From assembly GCA_008632985.1 (NCBI GenBank), contig QPGO01000067.1, positions 380,590 to 400,589 of the forward strand: DNA of 20,000 nucleotides. The letters run 5' to 3'. The notes beneath the pieces are model-generated. The model was given only the letters and a program-made list of their open reading frames with translations, was not told where the DNA came from and did not search any database. A program made the position numbers and the translations under genes. Of the stretch, positions 18,229 to 20,000 are shown piece by piece (positions within the stretch are counted from its first letter, which is position 1; each line of letters starts with the position of its first letter). This stretch comes from Psammoneis japonica. Lineage: Eukaryota.

Positions 18229-19576
18229 ATGGCAGACGAAGCCCGCGCCATGCTGGATGCCCTCATGGGTGGTGACCGCAACGCCCCGCTACCCCAAGGC
18301 TCCGACGGTCGAGCTCCCCGTCGCACCAAGCGCTCGTGCTTTGATCGAGACATTTGTCCACTCTATTGCGCTTGGGGCGTCGACGTGTACGAGTTGTTTC
18401 GCAACACCAAATCCGACACGCTTGTCGGTATCAATCCCAATGTCGTCGATCCGGCCGCACACGAGGAATTCAAAAACTTGCCTCCGGTGGAACAAGAGCG
18501 TCTCGGATACAAGTCCATGTTGTTTCGTAAATTACAAGAGCTCGTGCAAAAGTGTGATCGAACCGTCAATCGCAACAAGGAAAAGCTGCGACAAGAAAAT
18601 GCCAAGCAAGCGCAGAGTCGGGGTGGACAGGATTTTGTGCAGCATGTCGATGAAGCGGCCGTGACGCAATTGGCGTCTGCCATGGTGCGTTTTGAATATC
18701 TGGAAGAGGACGTCATGGAGCTTGTCGGCAAGTTGCAAGAGATTCAAAAAACACAAGACGAACTCGAGGAGAAATTTGTGAATCTCTTGAAGAAGAAACA
18801 AGCATCCGAAAAAGATGAAGAAACAAAACAGGATGCAAAGGAAACGGAGAAGCCAAGGCAGAGCAAGTCACCGAGAGTGAGCATGCTTCGAAACCGCCAG
18901 AAGAAGCGGCTGCTACAGAAGAAAAGACGAAACGAAACAAGAAGACAAATCGACGAATGGCGAAAACAAGGAGGATGCAGACAAGACCAAGGATGGCACT
19001 GACGATGACAAGCTCGAAATGGAATTGCAGGAAGCGCTGGAAAAGACTCGCATTGAAAAACAGCACTTGCTTGTCGATCTCAAACTCAAGATCGGTCAGT
19101 ACCAACCCCTCAAGGAATCCATCCAGAGCCAACGCTATCAATTGGAGTATGTCAAGTCGGACATTACGTCAGACAAGACGGTTTGTGAAGTGTCTGGAAA
19201 CTTTATGAGTTCGCGCGATGCCGATGAACGCATTGCGGCGCATTATGCGGGCAAGCAATACGTGGGATGGAAGTTGGTGCGAGACAAGCTTGAAGAAATG
19301 CAAAAGGAATATGGGCGTTATGGACCACCAGGAGGCGGACGCCCGCCGCCTCCTCGAGACGATTACCGAAATCGTGGTCGGTATCATCGATCTCGGTCGA
19401 GAGAACGAGCTCGTGACCGCGGTCGCGGACCAAGTCCACCAAGGTGGGAACGTGGAGGAGGTGGTGGTGGTTACCGTGGCGGTGGTGGCTATGGAGGTGG
19501 CGGCGGCGGCGGTGACTGGAGGAGAGACCGTGGTGGCGGTGGTAGAAGGGATAGCGGTCGTCGTCATTGGAGGTAA
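18229..19576 (+). CDS. LUC7: LUC7-like U1 snRNP-associated splicing factor; two apparent 1-bp frameshifts in an E/K-rich insert
   Basis: N-terminal MADEARAMLDALMGGDRN, a coiled coil, VCEVSGNFMSSRDADERIAAHYAGKQYVGW (the LUC7 ZnF2 region) and an RS/RG-rich tail. Adding one A at ~18843 and one at ~18924 restores a single frame. Confidence 0.88.
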
Positions 19577-20000
19577 AGTGTTGCTTGCATGGGGTGAGTG
19601 ATATGGACCTAGAGATGACGGAGTATTTTTTTATGCCACACAACATGTTATTCTCCTCGTTGCATAGCAAATCGTAGCAGCTTGGAGAGAAGGAGTGGTA
19701 CTGAAAGAGGAAACGAATATTTTGACGGCGCGAAGACCATTGACATGAGAGCTCTGTAAGTAAAAAGTGAGTAAAACATTTAGTACATTTGCGTTCTAGA
19801 TTCCTTGCTTGCAGCAGACGACACGAAAGCAACAGGGGCGGTTGCATTGCTTTGGACCGCCCTACGTACCCATTTGCTTGTGTTCTAATGTGAGTATACC
19901 TATTGATTTGACACTCGTGCAAGAAACACTAATTGCTTCCGTTAGAACGACTTGGTCCAGTTTGGGTTGCCACCCAACAAAACGATTGTTCGTGTGCGAA

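Overview
Eukaryotic, almost certainly diatom, nuclear DNA: it carries an ASAFAP-type bipartite plastid-targeting presequence, a GT-AG intron and a CoDi-like copia element. The window has two sharply different halves. Bases 1 to ~10,690 form a repeat block: a ~180-bp tandem repeat and unidentified decayed repeat DNA, interrupted by a full-length minus-strand Ty1/copia LTR retrotransposon (1845-8689; 245/247-bp LTRs, TGGAT target-site duplication, PPT, apparent half-tRNA-Asn PBS). The whole block is nearly stripped of TpA. Conserved Tyr codons in gag-pol have become Cys or His (YVDD>HVDD), and every substitution between the two LTRs is a transition among TA/CG/TG/CA. This points to post-insertion, double-stranded, repeat-targeted TpA>TpG/CpA hypermutation, the opposite direction to fungal RIP, which stops abruptly at the first gene. 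Bases ~10,700-20,000 are gene-dense with normal TpA: two tandem RING-HC genes, plastid glutamate-1-semialdehyde aminotransferase, a TenA-like protein with a zinc knuckle, a CTAG/palindrome-rich intergenic tract, and a LUC7-like splicing factor with degenerate zinc fingers. Several frameshifts in host genes are single-base homopolymer deletions, probably assembly errors.
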